This document shows positions 27,770 to 39,495 of a stretch of 64,000 bases of DNA, one piece after another; position 1 is the first letter of the stretch; every line of letters begins with the position of its first letter. The notes under the pieces are model-generated. The model was not told the DNA's origin and ran no database searches. It saw nothing but the letters and a program-made list of their open reading frames with translations. Where the stretch lies: NCBI GenBank assembly GCA_000004695.1, contig CM000152.2:3264001-3328000 (forward strand), written 5' to 3'. A program made the translations under genes and the position numbers. The DNA comes from Dictyostelium discoideum (Eukaryota).

Positions 27770-29366
27770 ATGTGTACAAGAAATAAAAAAGATATTACAA
27801 CAGAATATTTAAATAGTAAAAAGATTGATAGAGAATTAAAACAAGAATCAACAACATTACAACCATTGAAATTATTATTATTAGGTAGTGGTGAATGTGG
27901 TAAATCAACCATTTTCAAACAAATCATTTCATTCCAAGATGAAGCAACTAAAAAAGAATATACACCACCATCTGATTATGTAATTAAAAATATATTTTTA
28001 AATATTTTAACAGCAACAAGTACATTTGTTAGAGTTGCACCAAGTTATAATATAGAATTCTCTGAAGAAGAAAATCAAAAAATTCAATCAATTTTAAATG
28101 TATTTTCAGATTTAGAAAATTTAGACCAAACTGTTTTCACATCTGTCTCTGATAATATTAAATATTTATGGAATTCAAAACAAATTCAATCAATTTATAA
28201 TAATACAAATAGAATTTTTCAATTAAATGATTCAACAGAATAGTATGTATTTTTTATTTTTATTTTTTTTAAAAAAAATCACAAATTACTAATTTTATTT
28301 TTTTTTTTTTTTTTAGCTTAATGAGTAATATTGATAGATATTCAAAACCTTTTAAACCAACCCAAAATGATTTTTTAAGAGTAAGAGTTAAAACAACTGG
28401 TATAGTAGAAGCTGATTTTAAAATTGAAGCAGTTCCTTTTAAGTAAGTAGCTTTATAATAATTTTTTTTATAATTTAAAGTTTGAAATTCATACCACACA
28501 CAATTTTTTTAAGAAAAAAAAAAAAAGCCCATACTATAGCGCTAAAAAGTGTAGTGGTTCCCAATTTGTCGATAGATATTTTTTTTTTTTTTTTTTTTTC
28601 AAATTTTTGGAATTTATTCAATTTAATATTGTTGGGGGTGCTTATTTTTTACAAAAAAAAAAAAAAGATATTTTCATTTTTTTTTTTTTTTTTTTTTTTT
28701 CAAACCTCTCGGCATAATGTTTTTTTCCTTTTTTTTTTTTTTTCCAAAATTTTTTTTTTTTTATTGTGAAATTGAAAACTGTTTTTTTTTTGTCAATTAT
28801 CCTGGTAATTTTATACTAACATTTCATAAAATAAAAAAAAAAAAAAAAAAAAAAAAAAATAAAAAATCTTTTTTTTTATTTTATTTATTTATTTATTTAT
28901 TTTTAGATTAGTTGATGTTGGTGGTCAAAAAAATCAAAGAAGAAAATGGATACATTGTTTCCAAGATATTACATGTGTTTTATTTGTAACATCAATTAAT
29001 GATTATGATACATTATTAGAAGAGGATAATTCAACAAGTAGATTTACAGATTCATTAGAATTATTTAGAGAGATGGTTAATAGTAATTGGTTTACTAAAT
29101 CACCATTTGTATTATTTTTTAATAAAATAGATTTATTTAAAGAGAAAATTAAAAGAATACCAGTTTCTCAACATTTAAAAGATTTCAATGGTAATGATCA
29201 TTCATATGAAGAAACTTCACAATTCATTAAAAATAAATTTCACACAACCATTAAAAATTCAAACAAAATTGTATATCATCATTTCACTTGTGCTTTAGAT
29301 TCTCGTGCTATAGAAGTAGTTTTCAATTCAATTCAACATTCATTATTAATGAATGTTGCAGAAATT

Positions 29367-29372
<6 letters not shown>
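27770..29372 (+). CDS. Heterotrimeric G-protein alpha subunit (354 aa); 3 exons: 27770-28242, 28317-28442, 28907-29372
   Basis: G1 KLLLLGSGECGKSTIFKQI. G2/switch I ..LRVRVKTTGIVE... G3 LVDVGGQKNQRRKW. G4 FFNKIDLF. G5 TCALDS. Junctions ..DSTE|YLMSNIDRY.. and ..AVPFK|LVDVGGQ.. use GTATGT/GTAAGT donors and ..tttag acceptors. The N-terminus MCTRNKK has no Gly2. Confidence 0.85.
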
Positions 29373-29411
<39 letters not shown>

Positions 29412-29944
29412 AAAAATAGAAAAAAAAAAAAAAAAAAAAAAAAATCCAGAAAAAATAAAAAACAAATCAAAAAATAAAAATAAAAATATTTTTTTTTAAA
29501 AAAAAAAAAAAAACTAATTACAAATAAATAAATTATTCATTGTTTTTTTTTGGTTAATAGAGAAAAAAAAAAAAAAAAAAATATCTGTAGTTTTTAAAAC
29601 ATATTTTCTCACAAACAAAATCAAAACTAATGACGCAATAGGGAAAAAGTAAGATTACTGGCATATAAAATTTTATTTTTTTTTAAAATTTTGTTATTTT
29701 TGATTTTTTTTAATTTTCATTTTCAATTTTCTTTTTTTTAATTTTTAATTTTTTTTTTTTTAATTTTTTTAATTTTTTTTTTTTGATTTTTTTAATTTTT
29801 TTTTTTTTATCGTGTGGTTTTTTAAACACTAAACTGTTTAATTTTTTCATTTTATTTAAGTATTATTAAATTATCTTTATTGTTTTTTTTATTTTTTTTT
29901 TAAGATCAAATTAAATTTTATAAAAAAAAAAAAAAAAAAAAAAA

Positions 29945-32736
29945 ATGATTGGATTAAGATCAATTTCAAAGAATAAACAAACAATAAATTCAATTTCAAA
30001 GAGTTTTTATTGTACATCATCACCATCATCATCAAGTGTAAAATTAAGTGTAACAAGATTAATTGATGGATATAGAGCACATGGTCATTTAGCAGCAAAT
30101 ATTGATCCATTAGCAAGAATGGAAAGAATTAGAAGTCAATTATTAGATTTAGATCGTTATAATTTAGTTAAAGGTCAATCAATTCCATCAACTATTGATT
30201 TAATTAATCAAGATTTAACCAACCTTGATCAAGTTGTTAGTTTTCTTGAAAATGCATATTGTAATGATGTTACAGCACAATTTGATCATATTGAATCGAT
30301 TGAAGAAAAAGCATGGCTCTATGAAAAGTTTGAACAATTACAACATCAAAATCCATCAAAATCTGAAAAAATTAATATTTTAAAAAATTTAATTAAATCT
30401 GAAATTTTTGATCAATTTATGCAAAAGAAATTTCCAACTTTTAAAAGGTAACATAAATAAACCCACACACACATATATTTAATAAAAAATTTTTTTTTTT
30501 AAAATATTAATTTTTTAAAATTTTTAATTTTTATAGATATGGTTTAGAAGGTAATGAAAGTATGATGGTATCATGTGATTCAATTTTTAGAGAATCAGCA
30601 AAGAATCAATTAAAGAATGTTGTAATTGGTATGCCACATAGAGGTAGATTAAATTTATTAGTACAAATGTGTAATTATCCAGCAAAAGATTTCTTTTGGA
30701 AAGTTAAAGGTAATTCTGAATTTTCAGAGGGTATTTTAGGTGTTGGTGATGTGACAAGTCATATTGCAGTTAGTACAGATTTACAATTTAATAACAATAA
30801 AGAGAGTGTACATGTATCATTAATTCATAATCCATCACATTTGGAGGCTGTAGATCCTGTAGCAGCAGGTAAAACACGTGCAAAACAATTTTATGAAAAG
30901 AATGAAGGTGGTTCAGAATCATTGTGTTTAATGTTACATGGTGATGCAGCAGTTGCAGGTCAAGGTGTTGTAACTGAAACACTCCAGCTATCTCAATTGT
31001 CTGGATTCAACATTGGTGGTTGTGTACATGTGATTGTAAATAATCAAATTGGGTTCACAACCGTTCCAACCAATGGTAGATCCAATCGTTACAGTTCCGA
31101 TATTGGTAAATTCATTGGTGCACCAATCATTGTAGTAAATTCACAATCACCAGAACAAGTTGAAAAAGTTTCGAGATTGGCCGTTGAATATCGTCAAAAA
31201 TTCAAAAAGGATATAATCATTGATTTAATTGGATGGAGAAAGTTTGGTCATAATGAAGTCGATGAGCCATCATTCACTCAACCAACAATGTATCAAAATA
31301 TTCGTAAACGTCAATCTATTCCACAAAAATATGCAACTCAAATCATTAGTCAAGGTATCTTTAGTGAGCAAGAGTTGTTGGAATTCACTCAAAAGGAACA
31401 AGCCATTCTCGAAGAACAATTCCAATTATCAACACCAGAGAATTTCAAATACTCACCAATGGATCATTTACAAGGTAAATGGAGTGGTTTAATCCAATCA
31501 AAGCATATTGCAGATGATAGTAAACTTGATACAGGTTATTCAGTTGAGGAGTTGAGCGAGATTGCCAATGACTCTGTAAAGGTTCCATCGGATTTCCAAG
31601 TTCATCAAAGATTACTTCGTTCTTTCTCAAATGCAAGATTAGAAAAGTTAAAACAAAACCAAGCAGATTGGGCTACCGCAGAGTCTATGGCAGTGGGTTC
31701 ATTAATGAAACAAGGTTACAATGTTAGAATCTCTGGTCAAGACGTTGGTAGAGGTACTTTCTCTCAAAGACATTTCAATTTAACCGAACAAAATTCTGAC
31801 CGTATATATCAACCATTGAATAACATGGGTGCCAAAGGTGAATTGGATGTTGTAAATAGTAATCTTTCAGAGTTTGCCGTACTTTGCTATGAGTATGGCT
31901 ATTCATTGGAGTCACCAGATACACTACCAATTTGGGAGGCACAATTTGGTGATTTCATCAATGGTGCTCAAATCGCAATCGATCAATTCGTTACAAGTGG
32001 TGAATCTAAATGGTTACGTCAAAGTGGTATTGTCATTCTTTTACCTCACGGTTTCGACGGTGCCGGTCCAGAGCATTCAAGTTGTCGTATTGAACGTTTC
32101 CTTCAATTGAGTGATACCGAAGCTGTAAATGTCAAAGACGATACATTAATCAATCAAGAGACAAACTTTTACTTTATCAATCCTTCAACTCCTGCAAATT
32201 ATTTCCATGCACTTCGTAGACAAATGATTAGAAACTATCGTAAACCATTGATTGTCGCTGGTCCAAAAGTATTATTACGTCATCCAAATTGTTTCTCAAC
32301 TTTAAATGAAATGGCACCAGGAACTCATTTCCAAACAGTTTTATCCGATCCTGATACCATCAATAACGCATCCACAATTAAACGTGTCATCTTTTGTAGT
32401 GGTAAAGTATTCTATGACCTCCAAGAGGAAAGAAAAGCAAAGAATTTCAATGATGTAGCAATCATTCGTCTTGAACAAATCGCTCCATTCCCATATCAAC
32501 GTATTCAAGAAGAAATCAATCGTTATTCAAACGCTACTAAATTCGCTTGGGTTCAAGAAGAACAACAAAATGGTGGTTGTTGGTCATTCGTTGAACCACG
32601 TTTCAAACAACGTTATCCACAAACTTCTCAAATTAAATATATTGGTAGACCACCTTTAGCTGCTTCTGCAATTGGTATCTCTTCAATTCATAAAAAAGAA
32701 GTTTCTCAATTATTAATTGATGCTTTTAATTTTTAA
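29945..32736 (+). CDS. ogdh: 2-oxoglutarate dehydrogenase E1 component, mitochondrial; 2 exons: 29945-30447, 30537-32736
   Basis: N-terminal presequence-like MIGLRSISK... ..LIDGYRAHGHLAANIDPL.. then ..KRYGLEGNESMM..GMPHRGRLNLL..NPSHLEAVDPVAAGKTRA..LHGDAAVAGQGVV..VNNQIGFTT..DLIGWRKFGHNEVDEPSFTQP..GQDVGRGTFSQRH..WEAQFGDF.NGAQI.IDQF..PHGFDGAGPEHSS.R.ERFLQ. These are canonical thiamine-PP dependent E1o motifs. Donor GTAACA; acceptor ..tttatag. Confidence 0.9.
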
Positions 32737-33936
32737 AAAATAAAAAAATAAAAAAATAAAAAAATAAAAATAAAAATAAATTATAAATCTTAAAAAAAAA
32801 AAAAAGAAAAAAATTTAAATATCTTTTTTTATTTTTATTTTTATTTTTTTTTTTTTATAATTATTTTATTTTCCAGTAAAAAAAAAAAAAAAAAAATATT
32901 TGATCCTTAAAATTACATAAAAGGATTTTTTCATGTTTTGTTTTTTATTTTTATTTATTTTTTTATATTTAATAAATAATATAAATTCAAAATACAATTT
33001 CTTCACTATAAATAGAAATGAGTTTTAATAAAACTACTCTTTTCTTACTGTTTAAAAAAATAAAAATTAATATAACCCCCACCACTTTATTTATTATTTT
33101 TTTTACGTATTCTTACTATTGTTTATTTTTTTTATTTTTAATTTTTTTTTTATTTTTTTTAAAAGATTGTGGGGTAACCTTTTTAAGGTTTTTTTTTTTT
33201 TATTTTTTCAAAATTAGTTTTTACAATCTTTCAATTATATAATATATAAAATTTATTTAAATAAAAATAAATAACCTTTTTTTAGAAATTAAAAGTAATA
33301 ATCCTTATATATATTTTTTTTTTAAAAAATAAATAGATTGATTAATTTATCTAATACAAATTTATTAAATTAATTTATTATTTTTTATTTTTTATTTTTT
33401 ATTATAATTAAACCTTATAAAATATAAAAACACATTTTTCTAAAAAATTTTATTTATTTTTTAATTTATTTATTTATTTATTTAATAGTAATAATATTTA
33501 TCAATAATATATTTCAATAAAAAAAAACATAATAATAATAATATTTATAATAATAACAATAATAATCATAATAATAATAAAAAAATAAAAATAAAAATAA
33601 TAATATTTAAATGTTTATAGTATCAATAATTATTAGTTTAAAAAACAATAACAACGAAAACGAGAAACATAATATATTTTAGCATTAAATTAAATTTAGT
33701 TTATTGGTAAGTAATAATAATATTTTGTTTTGTTTGTATGTGTAAGTGGGTGTGTGTTATTGTTATTTTTTTTATTTTTTTTATTTGATAATTTTAAAAA
33801 TCAATGGTGTAATAATTTAACTATCAATTTCATTTTGATTATATTTGTATAATTATTGGTTAATCTAATAAAAACGGAGACATCTAATCATCATCATTTT
33901 AGAAACATAAAATTAAAAATTAAAACATAAAAAATA

Positions 33937-33968
<32 letters not shown>

Positions 33969-35439
33969 CACACACATATACCACATATAACCACACCTAA
34001 TCTACACCACTTAATAATTTTAAATGGTATGGTTTTTTTAAATTCCATATAAAATATATATTTAATTATTATTAAATTTAAAAAATATAAATTAATAATC
34101 AATCATCACATTGTTTTTATTTTTTTTTTTTTTTTTTTTTTTTTTTTGATTTCTTGAATTAATTCTCCACGCATTTTTTATTTATAATAATAAAATCATA
34201 ATAATCACCAAAAATTAAAATTTCATATTAATATTTGGTAATGATGGGTTAAAATTATAAATACAAATAGTTTTTGTTAAAATATAAACCATATTTGTAT
34301 ATTGTGCAATCGGAAATTGGACGTCAGATGTCGTATTTCAAATCAATAATTAAATTAATTTCATTCACACAGCTCCAATTACATTATAGTGTTGTTTTTG
34401 TTTTACTATGGTCATTATTCTAGTTAAAACTTTAATTAATTAAAAAATTTGTGTGTGTGTTTGTGGTTTTTGTTTGTGTTTTGTTTGTGTTTTGTTTGTG
34501 TTTTGTTTGTGTCTCATTGTAACTTTATTTTTGTGGGAAATAAATAATAAAAAACCAATAAAAATAATAATAATAACAACTTTCATAACATTGGGTCCAC
34601 TTTCAAAAGGATAATATTATTTCCATCTATAAAAACATGTTTGAATTTTATTATTTGTAATTAGTATTGTGAATTTTTATATTATTTTAATTTTATTTTA
34701 AATTTCTTTGTTTGATTTTTTTTTTTTTTTTTTTTTTTTAAAAAATATAAATATTTAATATATATTTTTTTATTTTATTTTATTTTATTTTTTTTTAAAA
34801 TCATATATTTTCAATATAATTAAAATAAGATTCAATTTTAAAAATTATCACCAGTCCATTTATTTATTTATAACAAAAAAAAATAAAATAAAAAAAAAAT
34901 TCACATATTATCTATACATTTCTTATTTTTTTAATTAATTTTTTATTTTTTATTTTATATTTTTTTTATTTTTTTTATTTTTTATAATTTCAACAAATAA
35001 AATAAACTCACATAAATTCAATTATTTATTTATTTCCATACCATATTTTTTCATTCAATAAATATTTTATTTAATTAGTATGTAAAAAAAAAAAAAATAA
35101 AAAAAAAATTAAAAAAAATAGAAACAAAATAAAAATTTAACAATAATAGCTAAAATTAAAAAAATTATACAATTGTAAAAAATAAATGTTTATATGTTTT
35201 TTAAGGAAAATAAAAAAAAATATAACAACATTATAATTTTTTTTTTTTTTTTTTTTTTTCAAAGAAGATTTAAAACTAACACTAATTTATTTCATTTAAT
35301 AATTATTATATAATAGAAAAATTAATTTTCAATAGCCATAAAAAAGTTTTACCATATTTATTTATTTCATTTTTAATTTATTAACACCATTATATTTAAA
35401 TATTATTTTTTTAAATTATTTAATTCCATTTTTTATATT

Positions 35440-35478
<39 letters not shown>

Positions 35479-35809
35479 CTTTATTTAATTTGTAAATCAA
35501 AAATTATTATTTTTAAAATTTCATAAAAAAAACATAGTTTAGAATAATAAAAATAATAATAATTAAAATAATAATAATAATAAAAATAATAATAATATAT
35601 AGTTTATAAGTTTTATTTTTTCATTAAAATTATTTAAAAATATAAATTTGTTTTATTATTCCAAAAAAAAAAAAAAACTTATTTATATAAATATTTTATA
35701 ATATAAAAGACAGATTAATTAATTTGATTATAAAAATCAAATTAATATAATCAATTAAAACATCTCTATTCATATAAATTTTTGTGCATTATTTTATAAT
35801 TTTTAAAAA

Positions 35810-36006
35810 ATGACAAAAATGTTTCTTTCTTCAAAGAAAAAGAAATCAACAATTGAAACTTCAGATAAGAAGTATGGAGATGTAAAGTGTCTTAATAATA
35901 ATAAAATAAATAATACTGGTGTTGATATTGATCAACCGATGAAAAAAATAAATCATCAAAATAGTTTTAATAATATAGTTGAAATTCAACAACAACAACA
36001 ACAATT

Positions 36007-36053
<47 letters not shown>

Positions 36054-36499
36054 ATCCAGGTTACTCAGTTGATCAATCAATAGTTTTACAAAATAAAAAT
36101 TTTAATTCAAAAAGTCAGTTTGCTGGAGCATCTGAAATATATGGTAATAATAATATGGATAAGTCACCACCTGTTGCCAATAAACCATTTGAACAAAAAC
36201 ATCATAGTTTAAAAAAAATGTTTAAAAGAGTTTTAGATTTCAATAAAAAGAAAGATGTTGACCCTAAATTGGATGAATTTTTGAAATTGGTCGATTATCA
36301 TAGAGAATTTTTCAAGAGAAGTCCAGAAATTGATAGATATGTTATGACATTGGCATTTATATATATTAAGAAAGCTTTTCCTAATGATACTTTAATTTCA
36401 AATGAATTATTTTTTTATTCTTTATATTTAGCTTGGGTAAGTTTTTAATTTATTATTATTATTATTATTATTGTTAATATTATTATTTTTTATTAATTA

Positions 36500-36538
<39 letters not shown>

Positions 36539-36837
36539 TTTCTAAAAAATAGGAAACTGAAGAAGATTCTACATTGGGTTTAGAAAGTATTATTCATTAT
36601 ATAATTGGAAGTTATCCGTCATCAAAGAATAAAGATAAAAATCAAAGAAAACAAGAAATTATTGAATGGAGAATGAGATTAAGACAGTTCCATACTGGAA
36701 AAGATATTTTATGGAGAGCATTAGATTATAAAACAGTTGTCGATTTTCCACATATTCAAAAAACAATTAAAGCTTTTCCAAATCACGATATTTTAAAAAG
36801 AGAAAGAACTTCAACAACTTCAATTAAATTCTTTTAA
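35810..36837 (+). CDS. Speedy/RINGO-box (Spy1-like) putative CDK-activating cell-cycle regulator; 2 exons: 35810-36436, 36553-36837 (about 303 aa)
   Basis: After a polyQ N-terminus the sequence ..FLKLVDYHREFFKRSPEIDRYVMTLAFIYIKKAFPNDTLISNELFFYSLYLAW|ETEEDSTLGLESIIHYIIGSYPSSKN...EIIEWRMRLRQFHTGKDILWRALDYKTVVDFPHIQKTI matches the RINGO-box consensus NFF.ALYLA...EEDEE..KYEIF.WALG..W...F...R..LW.R..Y...V. Junction LYLAW|ETEEDS uses a GTAAGT donor and an ..aaaaatag acceptor. Confidence 0.65.
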
Positions 36838-37389
36838 AACATAATTTGATAATAATAATAATAATAATAATAATAATATAAAAAAATATATATATTTTTA
36901 TAATAAAGATTAAAAAAAAAAAAAAAAAAAAAAAAAAATAATAATAATGATAATAATAATAATAATACATAAACAATAATTAACAGAAACATAATATGGT
37001 AAAAATATTTGTATTTATAATAATAAAAATAATTCTTATTTATTAAAATGTATTTATTGTTTAGAAAAATTAAAAAATTGTAAATTATCAATTAAATTGA
37101 TTGTATAATTTCAAAACAAAAAAAAAATAGAAAAAAAAAAAATAATAAAAAAAATTTATATACATTCATTTGTATAAATAAAAAAAAAAAAGAAAAAAAG
37201 TTTTGTTTTCAAAAGGTTTTTTTTTTTTTTATTATTATTATTAAAGTTAAACTATTTTGAATTGGCGTAATATAATAAAAAATTATTTTTGTTTATTTAT
37301 TTATTTATTTTTTATTTATATAAATTAAATTTACAATAATGATGGTTTATAATAAACGTATTTACAATAGCATGTGATGCAGTTGTATA

Positions 37390-37560
37390 GAGTATTTATA
37401 AATGACTTTAATAATATGTCGAACCAAGAGAAAAGGAAATCCTTATTTGGCTTTGATGTTGTGAGGCCATAGTAACGCAGAAGTAACATATCTATCTATC
37501 TGAATCTGAATTGGTTACCAATTCAATTGAATCTTTAAGCTATATTTCCTAATTTTTTTC
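37390..37560 (+). repeat. Left arm of an imperfect inverted repeat of about 185 bp (about 90% identity); a sense-orientation duplicate of the last about 28 codons, stop codon and 3'UTR of the HAT-repeat gene, immediately followed by an A-rich tract
   Basis: Plus strand reads aat aga gta ttt ata aat gac ... gtg agg cca tag = NRVFINDFNNMSNQEKRKSLFGFDVVRP*, against the real gene end NRVFRNDFNNMSNQEKRKALFGSDVVKP* (39494-39410, minus). The similarity continues through about 90 nt of UTR (..atctatctatct..aattggttaccaattcaatt..) and an A(n) tract at 37567-37610. Confidence 0.8.
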
Positions 37561-37565
37561 TATAA

Positions 37566-37596
<31 letters not shown>

Positions 37597-37793
37597 AGAA
37601 AAAAATAAGTGTGATGAAAAGTAATTTTTATGGGTCGTTAAAAAAATATACTGAAGTTATTAATTATTAATATGAAATAACAACACATTGAAATAATAAA
37701 TTTAATAGTTTTTTTATTTAGAAAAAGCCATTGATGATTATTATTATTATTATTATTAATCAATAAATTCAAAAGGAATAAAATTAAAAGTGA

Positions 37794-37824
<31 letters not shown>

Positions 37825-38151
37825 AAATAAAGGTAATAATTTGGATAATATAGAAACAGATTTTAAAAGGTAATTAATTTTTTAATATAGAAAAACCTAT
37901 TTTAGATAATATAAAAACTACAACTTATTGTTTAAACAAAAAAGCTCACAATATTAATTTTTTTTTTATTTTTTTTTTTTTAATATTACAAAAAATTTAT
38001 AAAAGGTATCTTGATCTGGATCATCTGTGTCATCAGTATCATCAGTGTCATCTACCTTATCAACTTTATAATTTTCAAGATCTTGAGGACCAGTGCATGC
38101 TACAGTATAACGATGTGGACAAAGAATTTGACCATCAATATACTCATTATA

Positions 38152-38355
38152 CTAACCAAAAAAGTGACAGTACTTTCTTGATTCATTTCTTTCTTTAGAC
38201 TCATGAACGCATTCAATAATTGAACGATTGTAATCTAAATGTGAGAGCGGTTGTTCAGTTAGAAGTCTCCCTTCGTTCTTGTGCACGCCATCTACACCTC
38301 TTGAAGTATTTTGTAAATATAGTTTCTTTAATTTTCCAAATCTTGTATTAAACAT
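38152..38355 (-). CDS. Small ORF (67 aa) inside the inverted-repeat-bounded island; the same frame continues for a further about 58 codons after a single in-frame TAG (possible 57-nt GTTAGT..TAG intron, readthrough or pseudogene)
   Basis: MFNTRFGKLKKLYLQNTSRGVDGVHKNEGRLLTEQPLSHLDYNRSIIECVHESKERNESRKYCHFFG* then YNEYIDGQILCPHRYTVACTGPQDLENYKVDKVDDTDDTDDTDDPDQDTFYKFFVIL in the same frame. Local G+C is about 35% against under 20% in the flanks. No family recognised. Confidence 0.35.
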   Translation of the reverse strand: MFNTRFGKLKKLYLQNTSRGVDGVHKNEGRLLTEQPLSHLDYNRSIIECVHESKERNESRKYCHFFG

Positions 38356-39278
38356 AAAGCCTATTATTTAATTTAATTTCTTGTATGATATGTGCACATA
38401 TTACCTCACCCAATTACCAACCTTCAAACTAAAGTACAAGATTTTTGTGATGATATTCATTATGGAGAGGATAATAAGAGGTATTACAACACAATCAAAA
38501 ATGGGAAGCCATTTGTTTTTCCTTAAATTAAAAATAGTATTGTCATTAATCAACACATTGAAAATGTTTATGAATACCATTTATTGGATCATCAGTTGTA
38601 TTCTTGCAAGAATATTTCTCCAAAACTAGTAAAACTCTCCTACAGGAAAAAGTAGGACAGCCACTTTAAATAATTTTAAGTTTGTACAGGCAGGAGACAT
38701 TTTATTTACTAATGTATGCCCCATTATTCATTCTTATGAAAATAATTATCAAGAGCCACAATCAGAAGCTCAAAATTTAGTCTTCTTTTCAATTTTGAAT
38801 ATTCTATAAGCAAATCCATCTGTAATCATTATTTCAGGTTCAATATCTTTATATCATTTCAAAGAAGCTCTATATAAAATCGAAAATATCCAGTGGGACA
38901 ATGATTCAATCACTATCAATTGTAAGAAAATTATGTAGTTAAAGATTAAACACCTATGTATGCAAGAATCTATAAATCAATTAGATAATAAGCTAAAAAT
39001 ATTTTTTCAATTATACTAATAGTTTATTTAAAAAATTATATTATTTTTGTTAAATCATAATAATAATAATAATAATAATAATAATATTGAAAAGTTGATA
39101 TTTTAAAAAAAATAATTGTATTTAAAAAATTAAAACTCATAAATATGCCTTTTATTTCTTCTGAAGGATAAACCAATTGGTTAATCAGTATTAAAAAAAA
39201 AAAAAAAAAAAGATAATAATATTAATAACTTAAATATATTTTTTTAGCAACTCACGAAAATTACTTTTCATCACACTT

Positions 39279-39309
<31 letters not shown>

Positions 39310-39310
<1 letters not shown>

Positions 39311-39495
39311 TTTATTGAAAAATATTAGGAAATATAACTAACTTAAAGATCTAATTGAATTGGTAACCAATTCAAATTAAGATAGATAGATATGTTACTT
39401 CTGAGGTTACTATGGCTTCACAACATCAGAGCCAAAGAGGGCTTTCCTTTTCTCTTGGTTCGACATATTATTAAAGTCATTTCTAAATACTCTAT
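39310..39495 (-). repeat. Right arm of the roughly 185-bp inverted repeat (the genuine 3' end, stop codon and 3'UTR of the HAT-repeat gene, plus an adjoining poly-T tract at 39270-39314)
   Basis: The reverse complement aligns with 37390-37560 with about 15 mismatches and one 4-nt indel. Confidence 0.8.

Noticed and set aside
37415-37440. 'ggttcgacata' / 'cgaaccaagag' strings checked as possible tRNA T-loops (also scanned the whole window for GGTTCGANTCC, A/B boxes and tRNA-adjacent TRE elements)
   Set aside because: No cloverleaf-compatible context. The string belongs to the duplicated gene 3' end. I could not find any tRNA gene in the window by eye.
38381-38629. Plus-strand ORF 38381-38629 (MYDMCTYYLTQLPTFKLKYKIFVMIF...) inside the island
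   Set aside because: The hydrophobic low-complexity translation has no motif. Protein-like stretches in this island occur in several frames on both strands, so a single clean plus-strand gene is not supported.
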